A DNA stretch of 46,876 nucleotides, filler included, from Catajapyx aquilonaris (taxonomy: Eukaryota): assembly GCA_000934665.2 (NCBI GenBank). It is 2 parts of 2 records of this genome, joined end to end, with 100 filler letters (N's around TTAATTAATTAA, not from the genome) between each part and the next. Parts side by side here need not be neighbours in the genome. Positions count along the whole stretch, not along the records: positions 23,502 to 46,876 come from JYFJ02005692.1; 1 more part is not named here. One strand, written 5' to 3'. Made by a program: the position numbers and the translations under genes. The notes below the pieces were generated by a model that saw only the letters and a program-made list of their open reading frames with translations, ran no database searches and was not told the DNA's origin. Shown piece by piece: positions 23,820-35,900 of this stretch. Position 1 is the first letter of the stretch. Every line of letters starts with the position of its first letter.

Positions 23820-24232
23820 CACAATTATTATGCAAAACCAATTGTATTTTTCCACGGGTACCTAACTTCCCCACCAATAAAGAACCAATATTTCCTCTCC
23901 TGGTTCATATGCTGCGGGGAAAAGTGTCGTCGTCCACTGATAGAAAAACCTGATCATCGTGATTGAGTTAAAGGTCCATAAATCCAAGTTATTTGGTGGT
24001 AGGACCAGTTTCGTACTTTCCAAAACCAGGGTTTCGTACACCCCGCCCAATGAACAGCGACATGAGCTCACCCTACCGACTGTTCCTCTTCAGCCACAGC
24101 AATGCGCCCTCTGGTGTATCGATGGGTAAAGACGTGATTTTCGAATAGCAGTGATAACGTGATAGGTCGCTATTGCTCACCACGATCGAGTTTTCTCTGA
24201 AAGTAAATCCTTCACAATTGATGTGCTTGTTC

Positions 24233-24576
24233 GGGGAGGTGTAGATGGCCGAGATGGTCACGTCTCGGCTTGCTGAGTGAAAGGCCCCAGGTTCGATCGC
24301 CGCCTGGGGAACTTTCCTTTCACCTAGCTGCGTCAGGAGGGTCTCTGACCTGCACCAAGGAGGTGTCTGGCAACCTAACCTCCTGGGGAACAGCACACGA
24401 CCCCTTTACCGACATTGCACTTGCCCCAATGTTCCCTCCCCAAAAATCCCTACCCCTACCCTACATCCTTGACTCCTTGCACCGGAGATTGCAGATAATA
24501 GGAAAAATGGAGTGAAATGGGGGTATTCCACCCCCCCTAAAAAGGCTCAGCCTTATCACGGGGTAACGTAAAAAAA
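24233..24576 (+). mobile_element. Full-length tRNA-derived SINE (family 2)
   Basis: A box TGGCCGAGATGG, B box GGTTCGATCGCC, short A tail and a 14-bp TSD TGATGTGCTTGTTC (24219-24232, 24577-24590). Confidence 0.9.
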
Positions 24577-24785
24577 TGATGTGCTTGTTCCCATACGATA
24601 CGTATGAGCATTTCAGAGGTAGTAAATTAGTTCGTGAAGAACTGGGGTCAGTTTTGCGCTTCCCCCCCCCCTCCCCGCCCCGCCCCGCCCACCCCCCAAA
24701 CCAAATAAGCCAGCCGCAGGCGAAAAAATTTTAAAGCTCTGTAAGCACATCGGATAAAAGCAAGTAAAATTCAATTATTTTCACC

Positions 24786-27700
24786 TCAACAGGGTCAATG
24801 ACTGTAGACGTGTTCTGATCCCTGATCGTCTAGATACTCTAGAAAAATAGATCCGTAGATAACATGCCGCCTACAGAAAATACTTCACACTATGCCCGAA
24901 TGTGACGCGAGCTACTAAGCAAGCTTTATAATGTGGAAGCAATGTGTAGATCGAGACTTAGATATGCTCCCTTTTCAACATCAACATGGTAACATACAAT
25001 TAATGGTTCTTCCTTGGGTTCTTCCTTGCTCTCTTCATCAGACACGCAAGTGCACTCCACGTCCAACAAAACATCAATACACTACGGAGGGAGGATTAAT
25101 AAAACTGTTTATTGTCCGATTACATGCACGGATAATGCCTGGGTCATACATGACAATAACCTCGACATATGTGGTATCACTAATAACATTTTAACAAATT
25201 GGGACATTATTGATGATGACAGTATTTTAGAAATATATTTAGGACATAAAATAATGCTGATTTTGACTTCTGGATTTATTAAGATGCAACCGAAATGAGA
25301 CACATTTACATAATGTATTAGGGCAGCAATACAAAATCTCGTGCCCCGCTCAAGTGCAAAGGAATAGACGGAAAGTGCCCCAAAAATTAATTGTACAGTA
25401 TAATATACCGAGGTGCGTTGAAAAAACTAGCTGACTGCTGTAATCCTATGGAATGAAGCTGCCGTATGTTTAAAATTTTCACACCTCGTTGCGCAAAGAT
25501 GCTAAAAAGATGATACAGAAATGTGCATGCGAAATTCTATCTTCTTAACCACGACTTCTTAATTTTTCCAACAGAGGGTCAGTAATATCGGAAGTGCTTT
25601 TTTGATGGTAAATACTTCTCAGTAACAGCCTGTGTTTCGGCCGTGAAAATCGTAGTCTTATTCAAGTAGACTTATTATATTATTCGTTAGTTGCTTACAT
25701 GTACTGTACAATAGGCTACTTTAAATGTGAAGAACACAACAATAATTAAGTGCATTTCTCGAAAGGATATGCGGGAATGCTTGCAGAGACTCGACAAATT
25801 GCTGCCTTTTGCGCACTAACTGCTGATTACTGTTACTTACTACTCCCGTTACCTAACAATTTTATATATATCGTACGATATAATATTTAGCGCCCCGGAA
25901 TTCCCCAACGAAGCATACAGTAGCAACAGCCAGAAACCCACACAACATAACCAGCGGGCCTTTTATCTGCATCAAATTCAGCTTCATAGAAAGGGTATAC
26001 GAGAGGCCTTCTTTCCTGGCTGATTTAAGCGCCATTAACGACAAAGCGTATGTGAAAGCTGTTATGTACCTATATTTCAAGCCAGCATTTTCATACCGGA
26101 GCTCAAAATCTCTAACGGCCTGGTACAACTTACTGTACTTGCTAACCACCATACCTCCAATCGCTCTGAACGAATTGTCATCCGCAATGTTGACTGGCAG
26201 CCTTCCTTCCAGATCCATATGCAAAAAGGCCACCGCATTCAGCATGTCGTAGAAGGAAAAGCAGCTGAAATCTTCCTTCATCGACCTTTGAAGACAGCTG
26301 GTCATGTCTCCTCCGTCTTGCATTCCTCTTTGCAAAGCTGGAGCATAATCTATTTCCCCGCCTAACAACAGTTTCATGTAAGGCTGGATAAAGTCCATTG
26401 CGCCCCATTCCCAATTGGGCCAGTACACCATTTCCTTGATGGTCCTGGGCAGTTTCTCCATCTGTGGGGAGACCAGGAATCCAAAAAACTTGGCGTCATA
26501 ACCGCACACAATCACGTCTGCATACAACCACCAGAAGCATATCATCACCCTCAAGGACACAGTGGCCGGAATCAGATTCGGACTCTCCTCGATCAAAGCC
26601 GAGAAAATGAATCGGATCGAGTAGCGCAGAGAATTCCCGGGTGGTTTCTCGCCTTCAGGAAACGGGTTCTGAATGAAATGGTGAAGATTCAGTGCTGTGA
26701 AGAAACACAAGCTGTACGTGACTGCTGAGAGGAATATCAGTCCCCACATCCCTCGAGTGAAAGGCTTCAGTATGGATATCCAAGAGTACAGAGGCCGCGG
26801 TGTGCGGATAGAGAAGGTAATTTGAGTCGAGAAGAAGCAAGTGGTCGGATGTACGACCAGGACCGTTTCTTCGGTGCAAGCACACGCCCCCACGTGCATA
26901 ATCCGCTTCTGAAGAGGTCCAACCATGCCTGTCCAGTTGCCATCAGGAAGTAACACGTCTTGATCGACTCCAGGAATGTCCTCGGGAGCATCAATATGCC
27001 AGTTGTAGTTTTGGGCCAATCCGCAGTCCAGGAATATCATTAGGTATGGTATCACTGGAAGGTAGTTTTCCACCATGTAATTAATATCGCTTGGTGAGGT
27101 CTCGAACATGAAGGACACGTTCATATGGCGACCATGCAGGTCTCTGGAGTAGTCAGGGAAATACTCCAAGCCAGAGTTGGGTACAATCTTCGGATATCCG
27201 GAGTCGCAAAAATGGCAGAGGTTCTTAACCACCAGAGAGTTGGCCGATTGTTCGTAGACGACGCCTAACAAGTACAGGAAGTCGTAGTCCGGCAGCATCA
27301 TCGAAGTCTGGATATCCGAATCCGGGCTGTAGTAGAAGAACTTGTTCCACCTTGGATCCAGTCTGACAAGACAGGCCACATGCTTCAGCACTGATTCGAA
27401 GTGGTCTTCGTGGTAGATGATGGCCACCAGGGTGCACTTGGACACGAATCTGGCAGTGGGCCTTTCCAGCCATGAGAACCAGTACTCGAAGTTGCCTGGT
27501 CCGGAGTTGACCTCTGGAGGTGGGGTCGATTTGGTCCACTGTATGGGCAACAGGCCTCCTTGGTCATCAGACGACATGTTTCTAAACAGGGCCGACATCG
27601 AAAGTGGAATCACTTCGTAGTCGTGGCCAACCACCAGCAGGCAGTGGTCCATTTCGGATCGGACAATCTCCAAAAAGGACATCACTTTATCTAAACCGAC

Positions 27701-28615
27701 TTCTTCGCCCGTTGAGTCGTGTAGGAAACAGGTCGACAACGGCATACTGACCACTAGGTGCAGTAATATGAAGTACAGCATCGCCATGTAGTATCTGGTA
27801 CAATACAAGTCAGTGTGTGTGAAAGAAGCAGCAGTAAAATAATGCTGGCCGAACTGATCCTACTCTTGGCTTTATAGGACAGAGAGAACATGAATGATTT
27901 GGTGCAAAATTCGCGAAGTATGACGGCATTCGGGGCCTCTGGTTTATGATCAATCAGGCATCAAAAGAAAGGTACTACGCCCATTTCCCCTTGCTTTCCA
28001 CACAGGTCTTATGCAACATTTCTATTTATATTATTTAGTATGTCCACGAGTCGTATAGGAACTGCCGCGCATATGATGCTGGCTATGCTTGTATTTTTTT
28101 AGGAAACGTGTCAGCTGAACACATTAAGATCCGGCTTCAAGCGCTACAAAATAGTTTCATGACCTGAAATGTTTAGCACAAAAACAGTAGTATATAAGTT
28201 ATTTATTTACTTTTTGGAGAAAGCTAATTTTAAAAATAATTTTCACAATTATTATTTAACTGCAAGTTCATTTATAAATTCCCGGAAGGTTGTATTGACC
28301 GGATCTGATTTTCCAATGAAATGAACACTTTCCAATAGAAACATTGACAATGTCCGTATATGAATAGCACACTTTAAGCGGAATTACTTGGCCTCCAATA
28401 ATTTATGATCGACCACTGGGTAAGATTTCAAAACAGAGCTATTGTACTTCATGGCCTCAACCCTCAAGGACCGGTGACTCCAACCCAGTTCCCTAGGAAC
28501 TAGGACAAAGCAACCATAAACATGCAACGCAACAAAATGACATCCTAATGCATGCCCACAGCCTGCGTTTTCAATATTTAAGTAAGTCTGTAGAGTTCAA
28601 GTCATGCATACCATG
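24786..28615. repeat. Segmental duplicon copy 1 (~3.8 kb) carrying an IR gene
   Basis: Collinear with 32940-36625 from TCAACAG.GTCAATGACTGTAGACGTG to CATACCATG, including non-coding flanks. Confidence 0.92.
25862..27787 (-). CDS. Divergent ionotropic receptor (IR, iGluR-related), intronless, 641 aa
   Basis: Signal peptide, S1 motif PDGNWTGMVGPLQKR, pre-M1 ILKPFTRGMW, M3 SLRVMICFWWLY...GYDAKFFGFLVSP, and M4 after LNLMQIKGP. Start taken at the ATG equivalent to the paralogue's. TATAAA at 27871-27876. Confidence 0.93.
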   Translation of the reverse strand: MAMLYFILLHLVVSMPLSTCFLHDSTGEEVGLDKVMSFLEIVRSEMDHCLLVVGHDYEVIPLSMSALFRNMSSDDQGGLLPIQWTKSTPPPEVNSGPGNFEYWFSWLERPTARFVSKCTLVAIIYHEDHFESVLKHVACLVRLDPRWNKFFYYSPDSDIQTSMMLPDYDFLYLLGVVYEQSANSLVVKNLCHFCDSGYPKIVPNSGLEYFPDYSRDLHGRHMNVSFMFETSPSDINYMVENYLPVIPYLMIFLDCGLAQNYNWHIDAPEDIPGVDQDVLLPDGNWTGMVGPLQKRIMHVGACACTEETVLVVHPTTCFFSTQITFSIRTPRPLYSWISILKPFTRGMWGLIFLSAVTYSLCFFTALNLHHFIQNPFPEGEKPPGNSLRYSIRFIFSALIEESPNLIPATVSLRVMICFWWLYADVIVCGYDAKFFGFLVSPQMEKLPRTIKEMVYWPNWEWGAMDFIQPYMKLLLGGEIDYAPALQRGMQDGGDMTSCLQRSMKEDFSCFSFYDMLNAVAFLHMDLEGRLPVNIADDNSFRAIGGMVVSKYSKLYQAVRDFELRYENAGLKYRYITAFTYALSLMALKSARKEGLSYTLSMKLNLMQIKGPLVMLCGFLAVATVCFVGEFRGAKYYIVRYI

Positions 28616-29140
28616 TCCAGGGGAATGCTTCTCATGGCGTGTCTTATCTGATCAGCCAATGACTGAGGACATGTGGCGAACACCAAACTCTTCAGGTACC
28701 CCCATAAGGAGAAGTCGGGGGTGGTCGAATCCGGCGACCGCGGCTGCCATGAAATGCCCCCAAATCTCGAAATGACCCGCCCAGGAAACACTTGACTTTT
28801 AATTTGTTTCGTGTTCGCCACATGTCCTCAGTCATTTGCTGATCAGATAAGATCAGAAAGAGGATCAGATAAGACACGCCATGAGAAACATTCCCCTGGA
28901 CAGCATGCTGGAGCGCGTTATGAAGGGTTTTGTCCAGCGCTTGGAGGAATAATATGTTGCCCGCAAAGGTGGACATCTATCCGGTGTTGATGTTGTTTTC
29001 AAAAAGTGACTTTTTTGGACCTCGATCCATAAATGGAATATCTTTCTCTGTGTAGTGTAATTTAAATATATATATAATTGTTCGCTTCTTACGCCTTGCT
29101 GCGTCTTTTTAATCCGCCCATGACGTTTGCTCCACCCTGT
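28605..29140. mobile_element. Rearranged Tc1/mariner-superfamily transposon remnant
   Basis: Minus strand WQPRSPDSTTPDFSLWGYLKSLVF (WPPRSPDL.P.DF.LWG.LK motif). The plus strand gives the transposase C-terminus (...RVMKGFVQRL...KGGH) and a TIR-like end CACCCTGT at ~29133-29140. Confidence 0.82.
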
Positions 29141-29516
29141 GCGTACACACCCATTCAAATCTCCTACATTCACCTAACCTCGTGTGACCTTGAACCCCCC
29201 AAAAGATTTCGCCTGCGGCGGGCTCGTTCCCTGCCCTTTACTGCTTGTTCACCTTGCGCTTACGAAATGGGGCCCCCTCCGAAATTCTTCTGCCTACGCG
29301 CCTGTACTACAGGACATCATAAAAGGGCGAAAATGTATTAATATGTCCTGTCTTGATAGGCCCTTCTACCCTTGCTGTACATGTTTCTATTTTCGAATAT
29401 TATGAACCCTGTGGTACCATAGAAAATCTATATATATTTTTACCCGGGGGGGGGGGGTCCGGACCTTCAATGGCCCAGGAAATGTAAATACTGGACCTTG
29501 TCATAAACTACTGTAG

Positions 29517-30805
29517 TTGAATACCCCTGCCCTATACTTTGAACGTAATATTCAACGCATGGCAGATTTGTTCAGGGCAAAGCAATTGCAGATCACCAAG
29601 GATAAGACAAAAGTTATGATCTTCTCCAGGTCGGGCAGGAAATACAAACGCGACTTCCAGATGGATGACTCTGGGCTGGAACAAGTTACGAATTACACGT
29701 ATTTAGGGGTCCCTTTTTTCAACAATGGGAATTTTCGCAGAACAGCCTTACATTTCGCGAATAAGCAAAAGCAGCAGTGCACGCCCTCTGGCCAACTCTC
29801 CTTAAACTTAAATTACGAGATCCAGATATTGCATTTAAAATCTTCCATACAAAAATATTTCCTGTCGTATCTTACGCCTCGCCAGTTTGGGCGCCTGCGG
29901 ATACTACGACGAAATCGAAGTAGTGTACAATCTTTTCATTAAGAAACTTTTTGCCTTGCCAAGGACAAGGGCAGAGTACTTTTTCCGCCTGGAACTGGGT
30001 ACAGAGCCTCTCCAAGGCAGATTGGCTAAATTACTATTAGGATATGTTAAGAAGCTGAAGTTTGCTCAAAGATAATCGCTGCTATCGTTATCGTTTCACC
30101 GGAATCTAGCGATGTCCTTCACGTCTTCAAAAAGAATGTCCTAGATAAATCATGCCCATAAACAACTCATGCTAATTAACGTCTCGGCATTTGGACCCAT
30201 ATTCGTGCCTTAGTAATCTGGCTGAAAGACTTCTTATGGCCGATCGCGAAAAACTAAGAAACACTACCAGATATACGGATTTCAAGCTAACATACTTCAG
30301 AGGTGAAAACAATACGTCATATTTGCTGTCACCTTTGCCCCTACAGACCAAACATCTAATTATCAACATAAAAAACACGTCGACGTACCTAAAAATCGGC
30401 TCATCTTTCTTAACCCTCACGCCTGATGATAATTGCACATATTGTAACTTTTGCACCCCTTTTGATTTGTACCATATTCTTTACGATTGTCCCTTTTTCT
30501 CCACTCCTCGCTCGACCTACCTTCATTCATTCCCAACATCCCCGGACTATAATGTAATAGTCATGGTAAACAACATATCAACCTGTAACCTTTTCAATCT
30601 GCAAAATATTATCTGAACAATGTCAACAAGCGCTTAAACTTTTTGAAATATTAATCCACATGGAGGATTTACTGTATAACCTTGCTGTTTCCTTTTCGTG
30701 GGTATTTGAACATTGCAATATTATGTAGCAGCAGCCGGTCGTCTCCCCCTTAAGGCATACGTATAGCCCACTGGGGTAAGAAATAAATAAAATAAATAAA
30801 TAAAT
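29517..30805 (+). mobile_element. 5'-truncated, frameshifted non-LTR retrotransposon (CR1/L2-group-like)
   Basis: RT C-terminal motifs LQITKDKTKVMIFSR and LEQVTNYTYLGV, a CCHC finger CTYC...HILYDCP, a 3' UTR stem-loop and an (AAAT)n tail at 30781-30805. Confidence 0.88.
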
Positions 30806-31846
30806 ATTAATTCGCTTGCCAAATTGAAACTTCACTTTATTCATTTAAGTGCATTACTATATGCATTTGTGTGAATTCTTTGGCAGTTCAATATACACCT
30901 GTATAACAAAGTATGCATTTGGCAATAATAATTTATTTGCAAGACTAATTGACATACATTGAGTAAATACATGCACAATATTAAAATATGCTGCAGCTGA
31001 TTCCTTTCATAACAACATCCTTATATAGTATTTCCTTTGATCGTCACAAAATTCTTAATTTCTGAGTGGTCATTATAAGGATTATCCTAATAACCCTCTG
31101 CATAATAAGACATGAAATTATGAGCCACAAATGAAATGAAGCACTGCCGCGGCATACACTTATGCACAGTTAATACTGTGCATACAGTTATATACCGGTA
31201 CAGTGATGGATGAGAAGTGTGCAATTCTACATGCACAATTGCACATCCTTCCTTTGTTAAATATTCACAATCAGCGGTACGGATGCGGCTATGTCTGGAA
31301 GAAAAGGGTTGGAGTAAATGCATGAAATTAATTGCTGAGTAATTAATGACAGTATTACTTTGAAATATTAAAGATTATGATTACACAAATTACTGTACAT
31401 ATGTACTTATATATTTCATTTCCTTTTTCATCCGCTCTCTGTGGTTAATTATATTATTTTTGATGCCTCATCTTCTCCTTGTGGAGTCGCGTATTGGAGG
31501 AAACAAACCATTTTTGCTGGGAGCGGAACAGTAATGAGTGCTAACGCCAAAAACGCACTCAAATAGAGAAATCAAATAGAAACGGAGTGTCTCATAGAGG
31601 AACAGATCAAACACAGTGCGACAGCAGTGTAAATGTCAACTAATACAGGTACAGTACATTATTACTTGGTCATCTAGGCTACTTACGTTGCTGATGTGTC
31701 CATCGCACTCGCGGCCCCTCCTTTCGTCATCCCTTCCGTTGCTAAACGAAGGCTGCTTCAGTCTTGGCAGTATAAGTTGGCTCACTAACGGTCCAATCAC
31801 TGCAAGCCCGATACACTCGAGGGGAAGACCTGACCTTCATGACGTC

Positions 31847-32820
31847 CAGTGCCGGATTTAACTTGGCAGATCTGGGGAGGGAGAAAGAAGCTAAAAATTT
31901 TCGCCCCTTTCCGAAATTTCGCTCTCCCCCCCCCCCCCNCCCCCCCAATGAGAATTAGGCCTACCTCCTTTTTGTCTGTGTTCATACAAAATGACAGCCT
32001 TGTTTTACTTTTATTACAATATTTTATGTAGAGTACATACAAAAATCAAACAATCAAAAACAGCAAAATCCAATAATATACCATTTACATTTTTTAAATA
32101 GGCAGACCACTTTTCAAATGTCCTAGGAGATGGGCTCACGCAATAATAAACAGTGTCAACAAAAAGAGCACTTTCTTCCCATTGTTGCATGAGGGCATCT
32201 CCATGGACACTTGAAAATGGGAGGTTCCAGAGGTTAGTTTATTGTGAATAATGATTTTACAAGAAGTTTTCAAATCAAAATATTTTTAAAATTCTGCAAC
32301 ACTGTTGGTATCAATGCAGTCTTCTAGCTTTATAATGATTGCAAACCTGTCGACCACTTCGTCAAACGAGAGTGATCTTGCTATTTCCTGTTCAATTGAG
32401 AGGAGAGAGAGGCCGTTCAAACGAGTCTGAATATGATGTGACTGCATTTGGGAAAACCTCTTGCATATCATTTTTCACAATGAAGTCAACAACATCAATA
32501 GGCCGCGGTGCCTTTGGGAAGCTCTTTTTCATTAAAATACGGCTCAATGAAAACATCTCCGGCACCAAATCGGCATCCAAGTCAGTGTAATACTTGGAGA
32601 CTAATTTGTCACATGACTCAGCTAACTGGTCGTTATCCAACTCCATGAGCTTCCTGGGGTACAAATATGAAAAGAGATCTGCAACTTCGCATAAACCTTC
32701 AAAGCGCTCCTTCATGCTGAGCAGCATAGAGTCCATCATGGTGTTGATGACTTGAACCTCAAAAGCTTTTCTTGGGTCAGGTATGGGTTCGTCATGAGCA
32801 ATTTCACCTGGCATAGACTT
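31847..32820 (-). mobile_element. hAT transposon 3' remnant (ZMYM1/Tip100-like transposase fragment)
   Basis: TIR-like CAGTGCCGGATTTA at 31847, dimerisation-domain sequence QTRLNGLSLLSIEQEIARSLSFDEVVDRFA and upstream MKERFE...VFPNAV. Internally deleted and frameshifted. Confidence 0.85.
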
Positions 32821-32939
32821 ACATAAGTTGAATCATAAGAGTTGTTGACCGTCAAGTATCCAGATGATGACGAGCCTGTTATGCTTTCAGTATGTTAATA
32901 TTTTGTTGTTGTTCTATGTAAACGATATACCGTCACACA

Positions 32940-35900
32940 TCAACAGTGTCAATGACTGTAGACGTGTTCTGATCGTCTAGAAAAATAGATCTGTAGATAG
33001 GCCTAATAACATTCCACCCACTGAAAATACTTGCACTGCCAGAATGTGAAGCGAGCTACTAAGCAAGCTTTATAATGTGGAAACAATGTCTAGATCGAGA
33101 CTTAGACATGCTCCCTTTTCAACATGGTAACACACAATAATGCCTGGGTCATATTACTCATAGATGACATGAACGACGACATAATTATGTGGTATCATTA
33201 ATAACATTTTTAACAGATTGGGACAGATGACAATGTTTTAGAAATATATTTAGGACAGAAAATAATGTTGATTTTGACTTCTCAATTTATTAAGATGCAA
33301 CCGAAATGAGACACATTTACATAATGTATTAGTGCAGCAATAAAAACATCTCGTGCCCTGCTCAAGTGCAAAGGAATAGACAAAAAGTGCCCCAAAAATT
33401 AATAAATTGTATAATGTACCGAGGTGTGTTGAAAAACCTAGCTATGGAATGAAGCTGCTGTAGGTTTAAAATTTTCACGCCTCGTTAGGCGAAGGTGCTA
33501 AAAAGATGATACAGAAATGTGCATGCGAAATTCTAGGTTCTTAACCACGACTTCTTAATTTTTCCAACATCGGGTCAGTAACATCGGAAGTGCCTCTTTG
33601 ATGGTAAATACTTCTCAGTAACAGCCAGTGTTTTGTCCGTGAAAATCATAGTCTTATGCAAGTAGAGTATTATTATTCGTTGGTCGTTTACATATACCGT
33701 ACAGTATAGGCTACATGCGTAGAGCATAGCAGTATTTAAGTGCATTTCTACAAAGGATATGCGGGAATACGTGCAGAGACCCGACAAATTGCTGCCTTTT
33801 GCGCACTACCTACTAATTACTGTTACTTACTACTCCCCCTTCCCTAGCATTTTTATATTTCCGATCTGAATATTTAGCTCCCCGGAATTGAAGTAATTCC
33901 CCAACGAAGCATACCGTACCGAGAGCCAGAAACCCACACAACATAACCAGCGGGCCTTTTATCTGCATCAAATTCAGCTTCATAGAAAGGGTATACGAGA
34001 GGCCTTCTTTCCTGGCTGTTTTAAGCGCTATTAACGACAAAGCGTATGTGAAAGCTGGCATGTACCTACAATTCATGCAAGCATGTTCAAATCTGAGCTC
34101 AAATTCTCTAACAGCTTGATACAACTTACTGTACTTGCTAACCACCATAGCTCCAATCACTTTGAACGAATTGTCATCCACAATGTTGACTGGCAGCCTT
34201 CCTTCCAGATCCATATGCAAAAAGGCCATCGCATTCAGCATGTCGTAGAAGGAAAAGCAGCTGAAATCTTCCTTCATCGACCTCTGGACACAACTGGTCA
34301 TGTCTCCTCCGTCTTGCATCCCTCTTTGCAGAGCTGGAGCGTAATCTATTTCACCGGCGAAAAATAGTTTCAAGTAAGGCTGGATAAAGTCCATTGCGCC
34401 CCATTCCCATTTGGGCCAGTGCACCATTTCCTTGATGCTCCTGGGCAGCTTCTCCATCTGTGGGGAGACCAGGGATCCAAAAAACTTGGCGTCATAACCG
34501 CACACAATCACGTCGGCATACAACCACCAGAAGCATATCATCACTCTCAAGGATACAGTGGCTGGAATCAGATTCGGATTCTCCTCGATCAAAGCCGAAA
34601 ACATGAATCGGATCGAGTAGAGCAGAGAATTCCCGGGTGGTTTCTCGCCTTCAGGAAACGGGTTCTGAATGAAATTGTGAAGCTTCAGTGCTGTGAAGAA
34701 ACACAAGCTGTACGTGACTGCTGAGAGGAATATCAAGCCCCACATCCCTCCAGTGAAAGGCTTCAGTATGGATATCCAAGAGTACAGAGGCCGCGGTGTG
34801 CGGATAGAGAAGGTAATTTGAGTCGAGAAGAAGCAAGTGGTCGGATGTACGACCAGGACCGTTTCTTCGGTGCAAGCACACGCCCCCACGTGCATAATCC
34901 GCTTCTGAAGAGGTCCGACCATGCCTGTCCAGTTGCCATCAGGAAGTGACACGTCTTGATCTACTCCGGGAATGTCCTCGGGAGCAACAATGTGCCAGTT
35001 GAAATTCATGGCCAACCCCGAGTCCAGGAATATCATTAGGTATGGTATCACTGGGAGGTAGTTTTCCATCATGTAGCGTACGTCGCTTGGTGTGGTCTCG
35101 AACATGAAGGACACGTTCATGTGCCGCCCATGCAGGTCTCTGGAGTAATCAGGGAAATACTCCAAGCCATAGTTGGGCACAATCCTCGGATATCCAGCGT
35201 CGCAAAAATGGCAGAGGTTCTTAACCACCAGAGAGTTGGTCGATTGGTCGTACACGACGCCTAACAAGTACAGGAAGTCGTAGTCCGGCAGCATCATCGA
35301 CGTCTGGATATCCGAATCCGGGCTGTAGTAGAAGAACTTGTTCCACCTTGGATCCAGTCTGACAAGACTGGCCACATGCTTCAGCACTGATTCGAAGTGG
35401 TCTTCGTGGTAGATGATGGCCACCAGGGTGCACTTGGACACGAATCTGGCAGTGGGCCTTTCCAGCCATGAGAACCAGTACTCGAAGTTGCCTGGTCCGG
35501 AGTTGACCTCTGGAGGTGGGGTCGATTTGGTCCACTGTATGGGCAACAGGCCGCCTTGGTCATCAGACGACATGCTTCTAAACAGGGCCGACATCGATAG
35601 TGGAATCACTTCGTAGTCGTGGCCAACCACCAGCAGGCAGTGGTCCATTTCGGATCGGACAATCTCTAAAAAGGACATCACCTTATCTAAACCGGCTTCT
35701 TCGCCATTTGAGTCGTGTAGGAAAGAGGTCGACAACTGCATACTGACCACTAATAGGTGCAGTAATATGAAGTACAGCATCGCCATGTAGTATCTGGTAC
35801 AATATAAGTCAGTGTGTGTGAAAGAAGCAGCAGTAAAATAATGCTGACCGAACTGATCCTACTCTTGGCTTTATAGGACAGAGAGAACATGAATGATTTG

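Noticed and set aside
24711..29222. Inverted CCGCAGGCGAAA / TTTCGCCTGCGG motifs flanking IR copy 1 as ends of a gene-carrying transposon
   Set aside because: Only 12 bp, no TSD, and it looks like a common internal motif of dispersed repeats.
31670..31846. RTE-like RT C-terminal fragment (G*RKEGPRVRW) on the minus strand
   Set aside because: Too short and degenerate to support.
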